Positions 1 through 9,537 of a stretch of 64,000 bases of DNA are shown in pieces. Numbering within the stretch: the stretch's first letter is position 1; each line of letters begins with the position of its first letter. Position numbers and translations under genes: made by a program. The notes beneath the pieces were generated by a model, which did no database searches, had not been told where the DNA came from, and saw only the letters and a list, made by a program, of their open reading frames with translations. The stretch comes from an uncultured Verrucomicrobiae bacterium. Lineage in GTDB: Bacteria > Verrucomicrobiota > Verrucomicrobiia > Limisphaerales > Palsa-1400. Location: NCBI GenBank assembly GCA_963764165.1, contig CAVXRD010000003.1:416001-480000 (forward strand). Reading direction: 5' to 3'.

Positions 1-48
1 CTGCTTGGCATTTCGAACAACGCGAACAACGCTCACAAAATTCCTATA

Positions 49-1869
49 CTACTGATCGCCTAGGGCAGCCAGTGGCTGCTTTTTCAACTGCCTCAAACGC
101 GCCGATTCCAGGAGCAGCCGGTTCTGGTCCTCCTCCGAAACCTGCTCTGCGGCCAATTGGCGATTCACCTCGGCCATCCGGCGGTCAATATCCAAGTCAC
201 GAAGATGCTTGACCGCTCCGTCATGACGCGGAGTGCCTTGCACCATCGCGACAGGGTCAGGGATGGGGCGCGTGTCCGTCAAGATTTCGGAAACGAGACT
301 CTGCCAGCGCGCATTTTCCGGATGGGAAACCCATGCGGCGGCGCCCGGCCAATCGTGGCCTGCTTGAAGCCGCCGCGAAATAATTTCACGCGCATCCGGC
401 GTCGGCAGCCACGCGAGATCCAAATGCCTTGCCACCCACTCCACCTGGTCGTCGCTTTCCATCAACGCCCGCAGCAGCCAAAGCTCGTGCTGGGTTGGCC
501 GCGCCGCGGGTTCGGATTCGACAGCGGGCTCGGCCGAGTCCCGTTCCACAACGGGAGCAGCCGTGGGACGGGCTTTCTTGAATTCGCGCCGCGCGGCTTC
601 GGCAGCCACGCCGAGGCGAAGCGCTGTTTTCTGGGCGTGCGTGTCGATGAGCACATCGTTGCCTGTTTTTTGCAGCGCCTCGGACATGGCCTGCACCACG
701 GCGCGTTTCCCGCGGTCGGTGGCGGGGTCGTTGAGGGAGCAAAGGTGGTCGAGGTAATAGTCAAAAAATCCTCGCGCATTTTTTATGAGGTCGGCAAAAG
801 CCGGCCCGCCAAATTGCTTGATGAAACTATCGGGGTCATTCGGCGCGGGAACTTGCGCCACGCGAATCGCCAAGCCCGACGCCAGCAAGCTGTCAAGCGA
901 ACGCACTGCCGCCTTCTGCCCCGCGTTGTCCGAGTCGAAGCACAGAACGACTTCCTCGACGTAGCGCTTTAAGATGCGCGTGTGATCAGCGGTGAGCGCG
1001 GTTCCTTGCGGCGCGACGATGTTCTGCACGCCCGCCATGAAGCAAGCGATCAAATCGAGCTGGCCTTCGCAAATCACGGCGCAATGAGTGTCAAGCAAAG
1101 CGCGTTTGGACTTGTCGAGGCCGAACATCAATTTGCCCTTGGTGAAGATGGGCGTCTCCGGAGAATTGACGTATTTGGCAGGCCCCGCGTCGGCGGCGAG
1201 GATTCGCCCGCTGAAGCCAACCACCCGCCCCTGCTCGTCGCAAATGGGAAATATGAGGCGGCCGCGAAAACGGTCGTAATAGTGCTCCGCGCCCTCCTTG
1301 TGGACGATTAAGCCGGCCTGCTCGATCAACGGCAGATCGTAATGTTTGCTCTTGGCCCAATTGACGGTGTCGTCCCAAAGGTCGGGCGCGCAGCCAATGC
1401 GAAAAAGCTGCACCGCCTCCTGCGAAACACCGCGCTTGGCAAGGTAATCGCGCGCCACCTTCCCGTGGTCGCCCGACGCCAGGGCGGCCTGCCAGCGCTG
1501 GGTGATTTGCTCGTGAACCTGGAAAAGCTGGTCCTTGATGTGCCGCCGCTCGGCGCCGCCCGGGACGTTCTCGCTCTCCAGCGCAATGTGGGCGCGATCC
1601 GCCAGGCGCCGCACCGCGTCCGGGAAATCGATATTCTCGTATTCTTTGACAAAGGTGAACACATTGCCGCCCTTATGGCAGCCGAAGCAGTAAAACATCT
1701 GCTTGCTGGGAGTGACGTGGAAGCTGGGCGTTTTCTCGCGGTGAAACGGGCACAGCGCAACGAAACTGGCGCCGTTTCTCTTCAACGGAATATAGCTTCC
1801 GATGACATCAACGATGTCACTGGCCGCCAGAACCTGCTCAAGTGATGCGGGAGAAATGAAGCCGCCCAT
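49..1869 (-). CDS. dnaG: DNA primase
   Basis: CHC2 zinc finger CPFHREKTPSF...CFGC, DRFRGRLIFPI, KYVNSPET, TOPRIM motifs CEGQLD and FDSDNAG. Confidence 0.97.
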   Translation of the reverse strand: MGGFISPASLEQVLAASDIVDVIGSYIPLKRNGASFVALCPFHREKTPSFHVTPSKQMFYCFGCHKGGNVFTFVKEYENIDFPDAVRRLADRAHIALESENVPGGAERRHIKDQLFQVHEQITQRWQAALASGDHGKVARDYLAKRGVSQEAVQLFRIGCAPDLWDDTVNWAKSKHYDLPLIEQAGLIVHKEGAEHYYDRFRGRLIFPICDEQGRVVGFSGRILAADAGPAKYVNSPETPIFTKGKLMFGLDKSKRALLDTHCAVICEGQLDLIACFMAGVQNIVAPQGTALTADHTRILKRYVEEVVLCFDSDNAGQKAAVRSLDSLLASGLAIRVAQVPAPNDPDSFIKQFGGPAFADLIKNARGFFDYYLDHLCSLNDPATDRGKRAVVQAMSEALQKTGNDVLIDTHAQKTALRLGVAAEAARREFKKARPTAAPVVERDSAEPAVESEPAARPTQHELWLLRALMESDDQVEWVARHLDLAWLPTPDAREIISRRLQAGHDWPGAAAWVSHPENARWQSLVSEILTDTRPIPDPVAMVQGTPRHDGAVKHLRDLDIDRRMAEVNRQLAAEQVSEEDQNRLLLESARLRQLKKQPLAALGDQ

Positions 1870-1881
1870 ACGGCAGCGAGA

Positions 1882-2562
1882 TTACTTCTTTTTTGGCTTC
1901 GTGAGAAGATAATCAATCGCTTTATTGCTTTTCTGGGCAAGCGATTCGTGGGGCGGCGTGTCTGAAGGAGAGTCCGTGGTCGCGATCAGCATCGGACGCA
2001 TGCTTTTTTGCACCAATTTGCCGGTGAACGACTGGAACAAGACGTCCTGCTGAAATTCACCCCAGGTCGGAAAACGAATATCCGAGAAATTGGCAGCCTG
2101 GAATTTCTCAGTTTGGGCCCGCTCGGCGGCGGAGACGATTCTCGCGTTTATCAAGGCCAGGAAAACAATTACCATGCAGCCGAAGCGCACCACCCCCGCC
2201 GCCATTCCAAGGTAAAATTCCCAGCTCCCAAACGGATCGCGCGCCACCAGCTTTTCGGCGAAATTCTGCTTGAGCACCATGTAAATAATATAAATGCCCA
2301 TCGCGACCATGCCGTAGGCAAGCAGGCATGACCAAAGAGTGCTGAGGAGCGTAACCTCTTTGACGTAGGGATAAAGGGGCCAGTAAAGCAAACCGCAGGC
2401 GACGACGATGCCGATCCATTCCAGGGTGGGAAGCAATTCCTGGGACATGCCGCGCTTGCGGCCTCGGAACAGTCCAATTATGAGCCACACGACCACGACA
2501 ACGTCAAAATAATTGAATTGCGACCTGTTGAGATAAGGCGGCAGCGTAGCCAAAATCATCAT
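1882..2562 (-). CDS. CvpA (colicin V production)-family membrane protein
   Basis: N-terminal FDVVVVVWLIIGLFRGRKRGMSQE (CvpA-like GxxRG...E), about 4 TM segments, LGMAAGVVR motif; directly upstream of dnaG. Confidence 0.7.
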   Translation of the reverse strand: MMILATLPPYLNRSQFNYFDVVVVVWLIIGLFRGRKRGMSQELLPTLEWIGIVVACGLLYWPLYPYVKEVTLLSTLWSCLLAYGMVAMGIYIIYMVLKQNFAEKLVARDPFGSWEFYLGMAAGVVRFGCMVIVFLALINARIVSAAERAQTEKFQAANFSDIRFPTWGEFQQDVLFQSFTGKLVQKSMRPMLIATTDSPSDTPPHESLAQKSNKAIDYLLTKPKKK

Positions 2563-2611
2563 GCGGTTGAGCTTAGCAGGTTTCGCGCCGTTGACGAGGG
2601 GTTTTCAATCT

Positions 2612-3112
2612 CTACAAAATCTTCACCACAAAATTCGTCTCCAATTTCCCGTAGGACGAGCCGCTGAAGCCTATTGTCGCCGTCCATTCCCCCGCCACCC
2701 CCGGCTGGATGGCGGAGCGGTATTGCCCGGGCGTGGCTGTCCGATTAACGGTGGGAATACTGTGCAAAACCGAGTTCTGCATCTTCAAGGCGAATAGGAG
2801 GGTGACGGCTCCGACATCGGCAAGGCTTCCTTTGGCGTCGCGAAATTCAATGAACAAATCATCGCCCGCCGCCCGCAGCACATCGCCTTGCGCAAAAAAA
2901 TTCGCCTTCAATCCATCGATGCCGATTGTCTTGAACGGCACGCCGGAAATCTTCCGCACCGGCGGCGGTTGATGGGTCACGCGGTTGTAAACAAGAATTC
3001 CAACGATCGCCAGCACCATGATCACAGGCAGCGCGTACAGGGCCCACAAACCGCGGCGGACACTTCGTCCCATGGCGGGTTTTCCTCCCGGCGTTTTCTT
3101 ATTTGGCGGCAT
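2612..3112 (-). CDS. membrane-anchored periplasmic YtkA/FixH-like accessory protein of the metal efflux operon
   Basis: Single N-terminal TM; C-terminal PGQYRSAIQPGVAGEWTATI resembles the YtkA-like PGxY...GxW motif; start overlaps the cusA stop. Confidence 0.55.
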   Translation of the reverse strand: MPPNKKTPGGKPAMGRSVRRGLWALYALPVIMVLAIVGILVYNRVTHQPPPVRKISGVPFKTIGIDGLKANFFAQGDVLRAAGDDLFIEFRDAKGSLADVGAVTLLFALKMQNSVLHSIPTVNRTATPGQYRSAIQPGVAGEWTATIGFSGSSYGKLETNFVVKIL

Positions 3113-6100
3113 CTGGCAAATGACGTTGGCGCCACAACATGTAAATGACCGGGTAAATGAGCAATTCCAAAATCGCCGAAGTCACCACCCCGCCGATCAT
3201 CGGCGCGGCAATGCGTTTCATCACGTCCGCCCCGGCTTGCGTCGCGGGCGACCAGAGAATCGGGAGCAGCCCGAACAAAATGGCGCAGACCGTCATGACT
3301 TTGGGCCGGATGCGCTGCACCGCGCCTTCCATGATGGCGTCGTGAAGATCGCGCTGGCTGCGCATCCGCCCGGCGGCATTAAGCTTGTCAAACGCATGGT
3401 CAAGGTAAAGCAGCATGACCACACCCGTTTCGGCGTCCAACCCGGCCAAAGCGATCAGCCCAACATAGGCCGCCACGCTCAAGTTGTAACCGAGCAGGTA
3501 AATCAGCCAAAACGCCCCAACGAGCGAAAATGGCACCGCCAGCAGCACGAGCAGCGTGCGGGGCAGCGATTGCGTATTGAGGTAAATCAGCGCGAAAATA
3601 ATCAGCAGCGTCATCGGAATGACAAATTGCAGCCGCTGCTGCGTGTCCTTCATGTATTCAAATTGGCCGGCCCATTGGAAATAATACCTCGGCTGCAATT
3701 TCACCCGGTCCTGCAAGATCGCCGTCGCCCGCTTCACGTAACCGGCCACATCGTCACTCGTCACATCCACAAAAACAAAACCGACGAGCTGGCCATTTTC
3801 GCTGCGGATGGATGGTGGCCCGGTTTTGAATTGAAGCTCCGCCACGGAAGAAATGGGAATCTGCCCGCCGCCCGGCAGCGGCACCAGCACGCGCTTGAGC
3901 GCGCCGACGTCCTCGCGATAATCGCGGGCGTAACGCACATTGATCGGATAACGCTCGCGCCCCTCCACCGTTGTGGAAATCGTTTTCCCGCCAATGGCCG
4001 TTTCGATAATATCGTTGACGTTGCCGGTCGTCAGTCCGTAGCGCGCGGCGGCCTCGCGGTTGATGTTGAAGTCCAGAAAATAGCCGCCGGTCGTGCGTTC
4101 CGCAAAAACGGTGCGCGTGCCGGCCGAGCCGGACAAGGCGCGCTCCACTTCCACCGCGGCGGATTCTATGCCCGCCAAATCAGGCCCGAAAATCTTCAAC
4201 CCGAGCTTGGTGCGGAATCCCGTCGTCAGCATATCTGTGCGAGTTTGAATCGGCATCCAGAATTGGTTCGCCATCCCCGGAACGCGCGCCTTCGCGTTCA
4301 TCTCGTCGATGATGCGTTCCCAAGTCATTCCCGGCCGCCATTGGCCGTGGGGCTTGAGCGTGACCACTGTTTCGAACATCGACGGCGGCGCGGGATCTGT
4401 CGGTGTTTCCGCCTGCCCGGCTTTGCCGAAAACGGTCTCGACTTCTGGAATCGAGCGAATCGCTCGGTCTTGTATTTGGAGGATTCGAGCGGCTTCGCTA
4501 ATGGACATTCCCGGAACGGCTGTCGGCATGAACAGAATGGCGCCTTCGTTCAACGCGGGCATGAATTCGCCTCCAAGCCGCCGCAGTGGAATCACCGTCG
4601 CGGCCATCACCAGCAGAGCCGCCAGCAACGTCAGCCAGCGGAAGCGCAGAACGAAATTTGCGAAGGGCCGGTAAATCCAAATGAGAAAGCGGTTGATTGG
4701 ATTTTTCTCTTCAGGAGTGATGCGGCCCCGCACCAGCAAAAGCATCAGCACCGGTGTCAACGTCACAGCAAGGAGCGCCGCGAAAAACATGGCGAAGGTT
4801 TTGGTGAAAGCCAAAGGCTTGAAAAGCCGCCCCGCCTGCGCCTGCAAGCAAAACACCGGCATGAAGCTGACGGTGATGACGAGCAGCGAGAAGAACAGAG
4901 GCCGCCCCACGCTTTTCGCCGCCTCGATAATGATGACAACGCGCTCGGCGGAATTGGGTGCGCGCAGGTTCTCGCGCTGAAAATGGCCGAGATGCTTATG
5001 CGCGTTCTCCAGCATGATGATCGCGGCATCCACCATCGCGCCGACGGCAATCGCAATTCCCCCGAGCGACATTATGTTTGACGTGAGTCCCATCCAATAC
5101 ATCGGGAGAAACGCCAGCAGGATGGCCACCGGCAGGGTAATGATGGCCACCAACGCCGAACGGACATGCCACAGAAAAGCGAGGCAGACCAGCGCCACCA
5201 CGATGCTTTCTTCAATCAGCTTTTGGCGCAGCGTTTTAATCGAGTCAGTAATCAATCCGCTGCGGTCATAGGTCGGAACGATTTTCACGCCCTCGGGCAG
5301 AGACGCCTGCAATTCACGCAATTTCTTTTTGACGCCGTCGATCACGCTCAAGGCGTTTTGCCCGTAGCGCATCACCACGATTCCGCCCACGGTCTCGCCT
5401 TTGCCGTCCAATTCCGCCACGCCGCGCCGCAAGTCCGGGCCGAGATGCACTGTTCCCAATTGCGCCACCTTCACCGGAGTTCCGCCCACGGATTTGATTG
5501 GAACATTTTCAATATCCGCCGCCGATTTGATGTAGCCGCGTCCGCGAATAAAATATTCCGTGCCGGCCGTCTCATAAATTTTTCCACCGCTGTCGCCATT
5601 GGATTCGCGAATTTTGGAAATAATATCTTCAATCGTAACGCCGTAGGCGGCCAGCTTGTTGGGATCGACTTCGACCTGGTATTCCTTGACGAATCCGCCG
5701 ACAGACGCAACTTCCGCCACGCCGGGCACGGACTCCAGCGCATAGCGCAGATGCCAATCCTGCAGCGAGCGAAGTTCCGCCAGATTGTGGTGGCCGATTT
5801 CGTCGGTCAGCGCATACTCGTAAACCCAGCCCACGCCCGTTGCATCCGGGCCGATGACGGGATTCACGCCATCCGGCAAATTGCCGCGAACGGAATTCAA
5901 ATACTCGATGACACGCGAGCGCGCCCAATAAATATCCGTCCCGTCTTCAAAGATGACGTAGACGAATGATCTCCCGAACATCGATTCTCCCCGGACAAAC
6001 TTCACCTTGGGAGCGGCAATGAAGCGGCTGGAAATTGGATATGTGATTTGGTCCTCCACCAAATCCGGCGACCGCCCTTCCCAATCCGTGTAAACGATGA

Positions 6101-6281
6101 CCTGCGCATCGCTTAAATCGGGAATGGCATCGAGCGGAACGCGATGGATGCACCAGACACCCGCGGCGAAGCCGAGCAGCGCCAATAATAAGACAAGAAA
6201 TTTGTTCCGCGCGCTGGCTTCGATCAAACGCTCGATCAAGGGCGGATTGGGGCTGCGAAAATCCTGGCTCGGGAGGCTCAT
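3099..6281 (-). CDS. cusA: CusA/CzcA-family heavy-metal RND efflux permease (Cu/Ag type)
   Basis: PLDAIPDLSDAQVIV, EDQITYP, GPDATGVGWVYEY, RIRPKVMT, GADVMKRIAAPMIGG; 1060 aa. Confidence 0.93.
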   Translation of the reverse strand: MSLPSQDFRSPNPPLIERLIEASARNKFLVLLLALLGFAAGVWCIHRVPLDAIPDLSDAQVIVYTDWEGRSPDLVEDQITYPISSRFIAAPKVKFVRGESMFGRSFVYVIFEDGTDIYWARSRVIEYLNSVRGNLPDGVNPVIGPDATGVGWVYEYALTDEIGHHNLAELRSLQDWHLRYALESVPGVAEVASVGGFVKEYQVEVDPNKLAAYGVTIEDIISKIRESNGDSGGKIYETAGTEYFIRGRGYIKSAADIENVPIKSVGGTPVKVAQLGTVHLGPDLRRGVAELDGKGETVGGIVVMRYGQNALSVIDGVKKKLRELQASLPEGVKIVPTYDRSGLITDSIKTLRQKLIEESIVVALVCLAFLWHVRSALVAIITLPVAILLAFLPMYWMGLTSNIMSLGGIAIAVGAMVDAAIIMLENAHKHLGHFQRENLRAPNSAERVVIIIEAAKSVGRPLFFSLLVITVSFMPVFCLQAQAGRLFKPLAFTKTFAMFFAALLAVTLTPVLMLLLVRGRITPEEKNPINRFLIWIYRPFANFVLRFRWLTLLAALLVMAATVIPLRRLGGEFMPALNEGAILFMPTAVPGMSISEAARILQIQDRAIRSIPEVETVFGKAGQAETPTDPAPPSMFETVVTLKPHGQWRPGMTWERIIDEMNAKARVPGMANQFWMPIQTRTDMLTTGFRTKLGLKIFGPDLAGIESAAVEVERALSGSAGTRTVFAERTTGGYFLDFNINREAAARYGLTTGNVNDIIETAIGGKTISTTVEGRERYPINVRYARDYREDVGALKRVLVPLPGGGQIPISSVAELQFKTGPPSIRSENGQLVGFVFVDVTSDDVAGYVKRATAILQDRVKLQPRYYFQWAGQFEYMKDTQQRLQFVIPMTLLIIFALIYLNTQSLPRTLLVLLAVPFSLVGAFWLIYLLGYNLSVAAYVGLIALAGLDAETGVVMLLYLDHAFDKLNAAGRMRSQRDLHDAIMEGAVQRIRPKVMTVCAILFGLLPILWSPATQAGADVMKRIAAPMIGGVVTSAILELLIYPVIYMLWRQRHLPDAAK

Positions 6282-6285
6282 AAAA

Positions 6286-7527
6286 TCACCAGGACGTCAG
6301 GACGCCTTGAACTTTTGCCTCGGCGTCGATCAGGAACAACGCGCTCGTTGCAACCCTCTCGCCGGCGTCTAATCCACTCCGCACCGCATAGTATCCGCCG
6401 CATTTCCGGCCCAATTCAACGGCGCGCGGTTCGATATTGCCTCCCCCCTTTTCAACAAAAACCAGACTGTGCGAGCCCAAGGGAAGAACAGCGGATTCCG
6501 GCACAGCCAACGCCGAGCCAAAGTCCGTCCGCAACTCCGCGTTGACATACATCTCTGGGCGCAGGCGAAGTGCGGGATTCTCCAAATCCACCCGCGCGCG
6601 GCAGACTCGCTTGGCCGGGTCGAGAAACGGATCGATGACCGCAATTTTTCCTTGGACGCTGAAGGCCGAATCGTTTGGCAGCGAGATCGAGACGGCCAGG
6701 CCGTTTGTCAGCAGAGACACGTCGTCCTGATAGAATTCCACCCACACCCAAACAGCAGACAAATCCACCACGTCCACCAGAGTCTCCCCCGCCATGACGC
6801 GCCTGCCCTGCCCGGCCTGCAGCGTCTGGATGATTCCCCCGAACGGCGAATATAGTGTCAAGTATTCACTTGGCTGACGGCTCTGCTCGAGGCGGTCGAT
6901 TTCCGCGGAGTCGATGTTCCAAAATTCCAGCCGGCGCCGCGCCGCCGCGATATTCTGTTGCGCCGTTTCGATGACCGCCGCAAGCCCGGAGTTTTTGGCC
7001 CGGTCAAGGCTCTTCCCTAAATCCACTAACTCGCGCTCGGCCACCAACAAATCCGGGCTTAGCACCGTGAGCAGAGGCTGGCCCTTTTTTACAAACTGGC
7101 CCGTGGAAGCCACCTCCAATTTCTCAACGTAACCCTCGACCCGGCTCACGTAAGTCCAGCGGCGGCGCGGATCGAAAGTGACGACTCCAGGGGCGCGAAG
7201 GGTCGTTTGCAAATCGCGCTTTTCCACCAGCCCATAGGTCACACCGATCAATTGTTGACGCTCTTGCGGAATATTGAATTGCGTCTTGCGCGCGGGCGCG
7301 CCGGAATTCGTCAAGGTCGACGAAGCATTACTTGCCTCAACCATGACCGGCACGAGCGACATCCCGCAAATCGGGCAATGGTCACCCGGAATCTCCGACC
7401 GCACCGACGGATGCATCGTGCATGTGTAATAGGCCACGCCGGCGGGTTTGACGGGATGGCTTCGCGAACAGGCCGAGAGTGCCAGCGCGAGGAAAATGAC
7501 TGCACAGAGTGAAGCGAAAGTTTTCAT
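6286..7527 (-). CDS. cusB: CusB-like RND periplasmic adaptor with N-terminal heavy-metal-binding domain
   Basis: Lipobox LSAC; YYTCTMHP...PGDHCPICGMSLVP; SRVEGYVEKL; LRPEMY; FLIDAE. Confidence 0.9.
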   Translation of the reverse strand: MKTFASLCAVIFLALALSACSRSHPVKPAGVAYYTCTMHPSVRSEIPGDHCPICGMSLVPVMVEASNASSTLTNSGAPARKTQFNIPQERQQLIGVTYGLVEKRDLQTTLRAPGVVTFDPRRRWTYVSRVEGYVEKLEVASTGQFVKKGQPLLTVLSPDLLVAERELVDLGKSLDRAKNSGLAAVIETAQQNIAAARRRLEFWNIDSAEIDRLEQSRQPSEYLTLYSPFGGIIQTLQAGQGRRVMAGETLVDVVDLSAVWVWVEFYQDDVSLLTNGLAVSISLPNDSAFSVQGKIAVIDPFLDPAKRVCRARVDLENPALRLRPEMYVNAELRTDFGSALAVPESAVLPLGSHSLVFVEKGGGNIEPRAVELGRKCGGYYAVRSGLDAGERVATSALFLIDAEAKVQGVLTSW

Positions 7528-8837
7528 GGATTGGCCTTGTTGTTGACAATTTGAACCGTGAGATCGGAAATCGGCGCACCGGCAATGGCAGACAAGTCGG
7601 CCAGGGCGATTTCGTAATCCGTCAGATGCTGAAGCAGCATGGACTCGGAATCCTGGGCGCTTTGCTGCGCGGCCAGCACTTGCGTCAAGGCGGCCTGGCC
7701 GGATTCGTAGGAAACGCGGCTCGCCTCGATGCTTTGCCGCGCGAGCGGCGCGACTTTATCTCGGAACAATTCGTAGTGGTGGCGAAACGTCTCAATTTTC
7801 GTAAGCTGCCCGCGGATCATTTGGGCCGTTTGCGTTTGCAGCGTGGCGAGATCGAATTGCGCTCTGGAAACCAATTCGCGATTCTCCCGAATCCCAGCCG
7901 CGTATTTGCCGCGCTCGAACCATGGCAAATTGAAGCTGACTCCCGCCATGACGTCGTCCACAGCTTCCGACGATGCGTTGTAGCGGTCGGCGGCGACACG
8001 GAGTGTCGGCTCGGGTATCCAGTTTCGGCGCGAAGTTTCAAGGCGCGCGCGGGCCGCCGAAATTTTTTCCTTTGCCCCGAGCAATTCCGGCCGATGCGCC
8101 AGCGCCGCCGCCAACGCGCGGTCCATCACCACGTTGATCTCCGAAAACGCGGGCGCCTGCGGACGGCCCAGCGGCGCATCCGCCGGATGATTCATCAGCG
8201 TGTTCAGCGCTGTCTCCTCATCCGCAACCTGGCGCTCGAAATCGAACGCGCTTTCGTCGAGTTTAGCCAAATCCGTTTCCGCCGCCAGGACTCCTGCCTG
8301 CGTTTCCTGGCCGGATTCCAATTTATGCCGCGCCGCGTCGACAATCTGCGCGAGAAAACCCGAAGCGCGCCGGTTGATTTCCCATTGGCCATAGGCGTTC
8401 ACAAGGCGGTAATAGGAATCGCGCGCCAGGGCCTCCAGATCAATTCGCCTTTGTTGCAGGCTCTCATGTGCTGCGTTGGCATCGAAAGTCGCCGCATGCG
8501 CGCGGAGTTTGTTTCGTCCGGCCACGGGAATGGTCTGTTCAAGCGAAACAGTTTGGTCGGCGAAGGAATTCGCCGGGACGTCCACAAAACGCGCGGCCTT
8601 CGCATCGATTCCCAAACGCGGGTCATCCCATGCGCGTTGCTGCGCGACGCGTTCACGCATCGCCCGCCAATCGGCGCCCGCTCCCTTCAGCGACGGATTA
8701 TTCGACGCGACTTCCGAGAGCACCCAATCCAGCGGCAAAACGGACGTCGGCGGAACAAACGCATGGTGCGGCAGCGGCTGGGCCAGCGCGGCGATCGGCC
8801 AGCAGAAAAGCAGGCAATAAACTCGATGTAACTTCAT
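7524..8837 (-). CDS. TolC/CusC-family outer-membrane efflux channel
   Basis: Signal peptide, NNPSL, two OEP repeats (GVSFNLPWF, SYESGQ); ATG at 8837 preferred because AAGGA lies 8 nt upstream. Confidence 0.88.
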   Translation of the reverse strand: MKLHRVYCLLFCWPIAALAQPLPHHAFVPPTSVLPLDWVLSEVASNNPSLKGAGADWRAMRERVAQQRAWDDPRLGIDAKAARFVDVPANSFADQTVSLEQTIPVAGRNKLRAHAATFDANAAHESLQQRRIDLEALARDSYYRLVNAYGQWEINRRASGFLAQIVDAARHKLESGQETQAGVLAAETDLAKLDESAFDFERQVADEETALNTLMNHPADAPLGRPQAPAFSEINVVMDRALAAALAHRPELLGAKEKISAARARLETSRRNWIPEPTLRVAADRYNASSEAVDDVMAGVSFNLPWFERGKYAAGIRENRELVSRAQFDLATLQTQTAQMIRGQLTKIETFRHHYELFRDKVAPLARQSIEASRVSYESGQAALTQVLAAQQSAQDSESMLLQHLTDYEIALADLSAIAGAPISDLTVQIVNNKANP

Positions 8838-8944
8838 ATTTTGATTCCTTCGCGGACAAGATGGTTGCGCCTGCCCAGACGGGCGGAGCATAAGAACGAT
8901 TAGTCGCCAGAGGTGGCGACACTACGGGCGAGGTGAGCGAGGAA

Positions 8945-9286
8945 TCAGATCAGAAGCGCGCAGTTCCGCTGGTAAAGAGGAACTATCGCAGCCGCTACAA
9001 CGGGCTGAATGCGCATCGGATTTTGTTGCGGCGAAGAAAAATTCGAAACGATGTGCTCAGCCACCGCCGTCACAATTTGCCAGTCACTTTGCGTGTTCGT
9101 GCGCGCTGCGGCAGCGGGAACACGCTCGCTGTTGGAACTAGGCTGCGATTGGCAGCAGCACTTGGCTTGGTGGCAGCAGCATGGCATCTTGGAAGGCACC
9201 ACAGAAACATCCCTTGCGGGCGCAAGTTGCGCCAGCAGCAGCACCAGAAGTAGAATCGGCGCCAAAATGGTTCGGGCAAGTTTCAT
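8945..9286 (-). CDS. small signal-peptide, Cys-rich protein upstream of the metal efflux operon (possible regulatory leader)
   Basis: Hydrophobic N-terminus, CCCHQAKCCC cluster, C-terminus PLYQRNCALLI; same strand and directly upstream of the TolC gene. Confidence 0.6.
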   Translation of the reverse strand: MKLARTILAPILLLVLLLAQLAPARDVSVVPSKMPCCCHQAKCCCQSQPSSNSERVPAAAARTNTQSDWQIVTAVAEHIVSNFSSPQQNPMRIQPVVAAAIVPLYQRNCALLI

Positions 9287-9355
9287 TCAAGCCATCCGTA
9301 GTCTTTTACGGCTGCATTTATCATAAGCTTTAATGATAGCTTGTCAATACGCATC

Positions 9356-9458
9356 CGGAGCGCGGCTGTGTCGAAGACCAGCCGCAGCAACGTGGAATCG
9401 ACCAACGCGCCCGGCAATGAAATGCGCTGCGGCTGGTCTTCGACACAGCCGCGCTCCG
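9356..9458. repeat. REP-like palindromic element (family A)
   Basis: Perfect 33-bp inverted repeat CGGAGCGCGGCTGTGTCGAAGACCAGCCGCAGC (9356-9388) with its reverse complement at 9426-9458. Confidence 0.9.
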
Positions 9459-9537
9459 TTGGCTTAGCTGGCGCCGTCATTTGCCTGTTGCGGTCATTTG
9501 CCTTGAACATTCTTCTCCCGTTTCCCACTCTCATACC

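Noticed and set aside
3018..5081. 687-aa + strand ORF (and similar long antisense ORFs such as 7509-8831, 13695-15005, 24056-25261, 53044-54261)
   Set aside because: Shadow ORFs opposite well-supported genes in high-GC DNA; no recognisable motifs.
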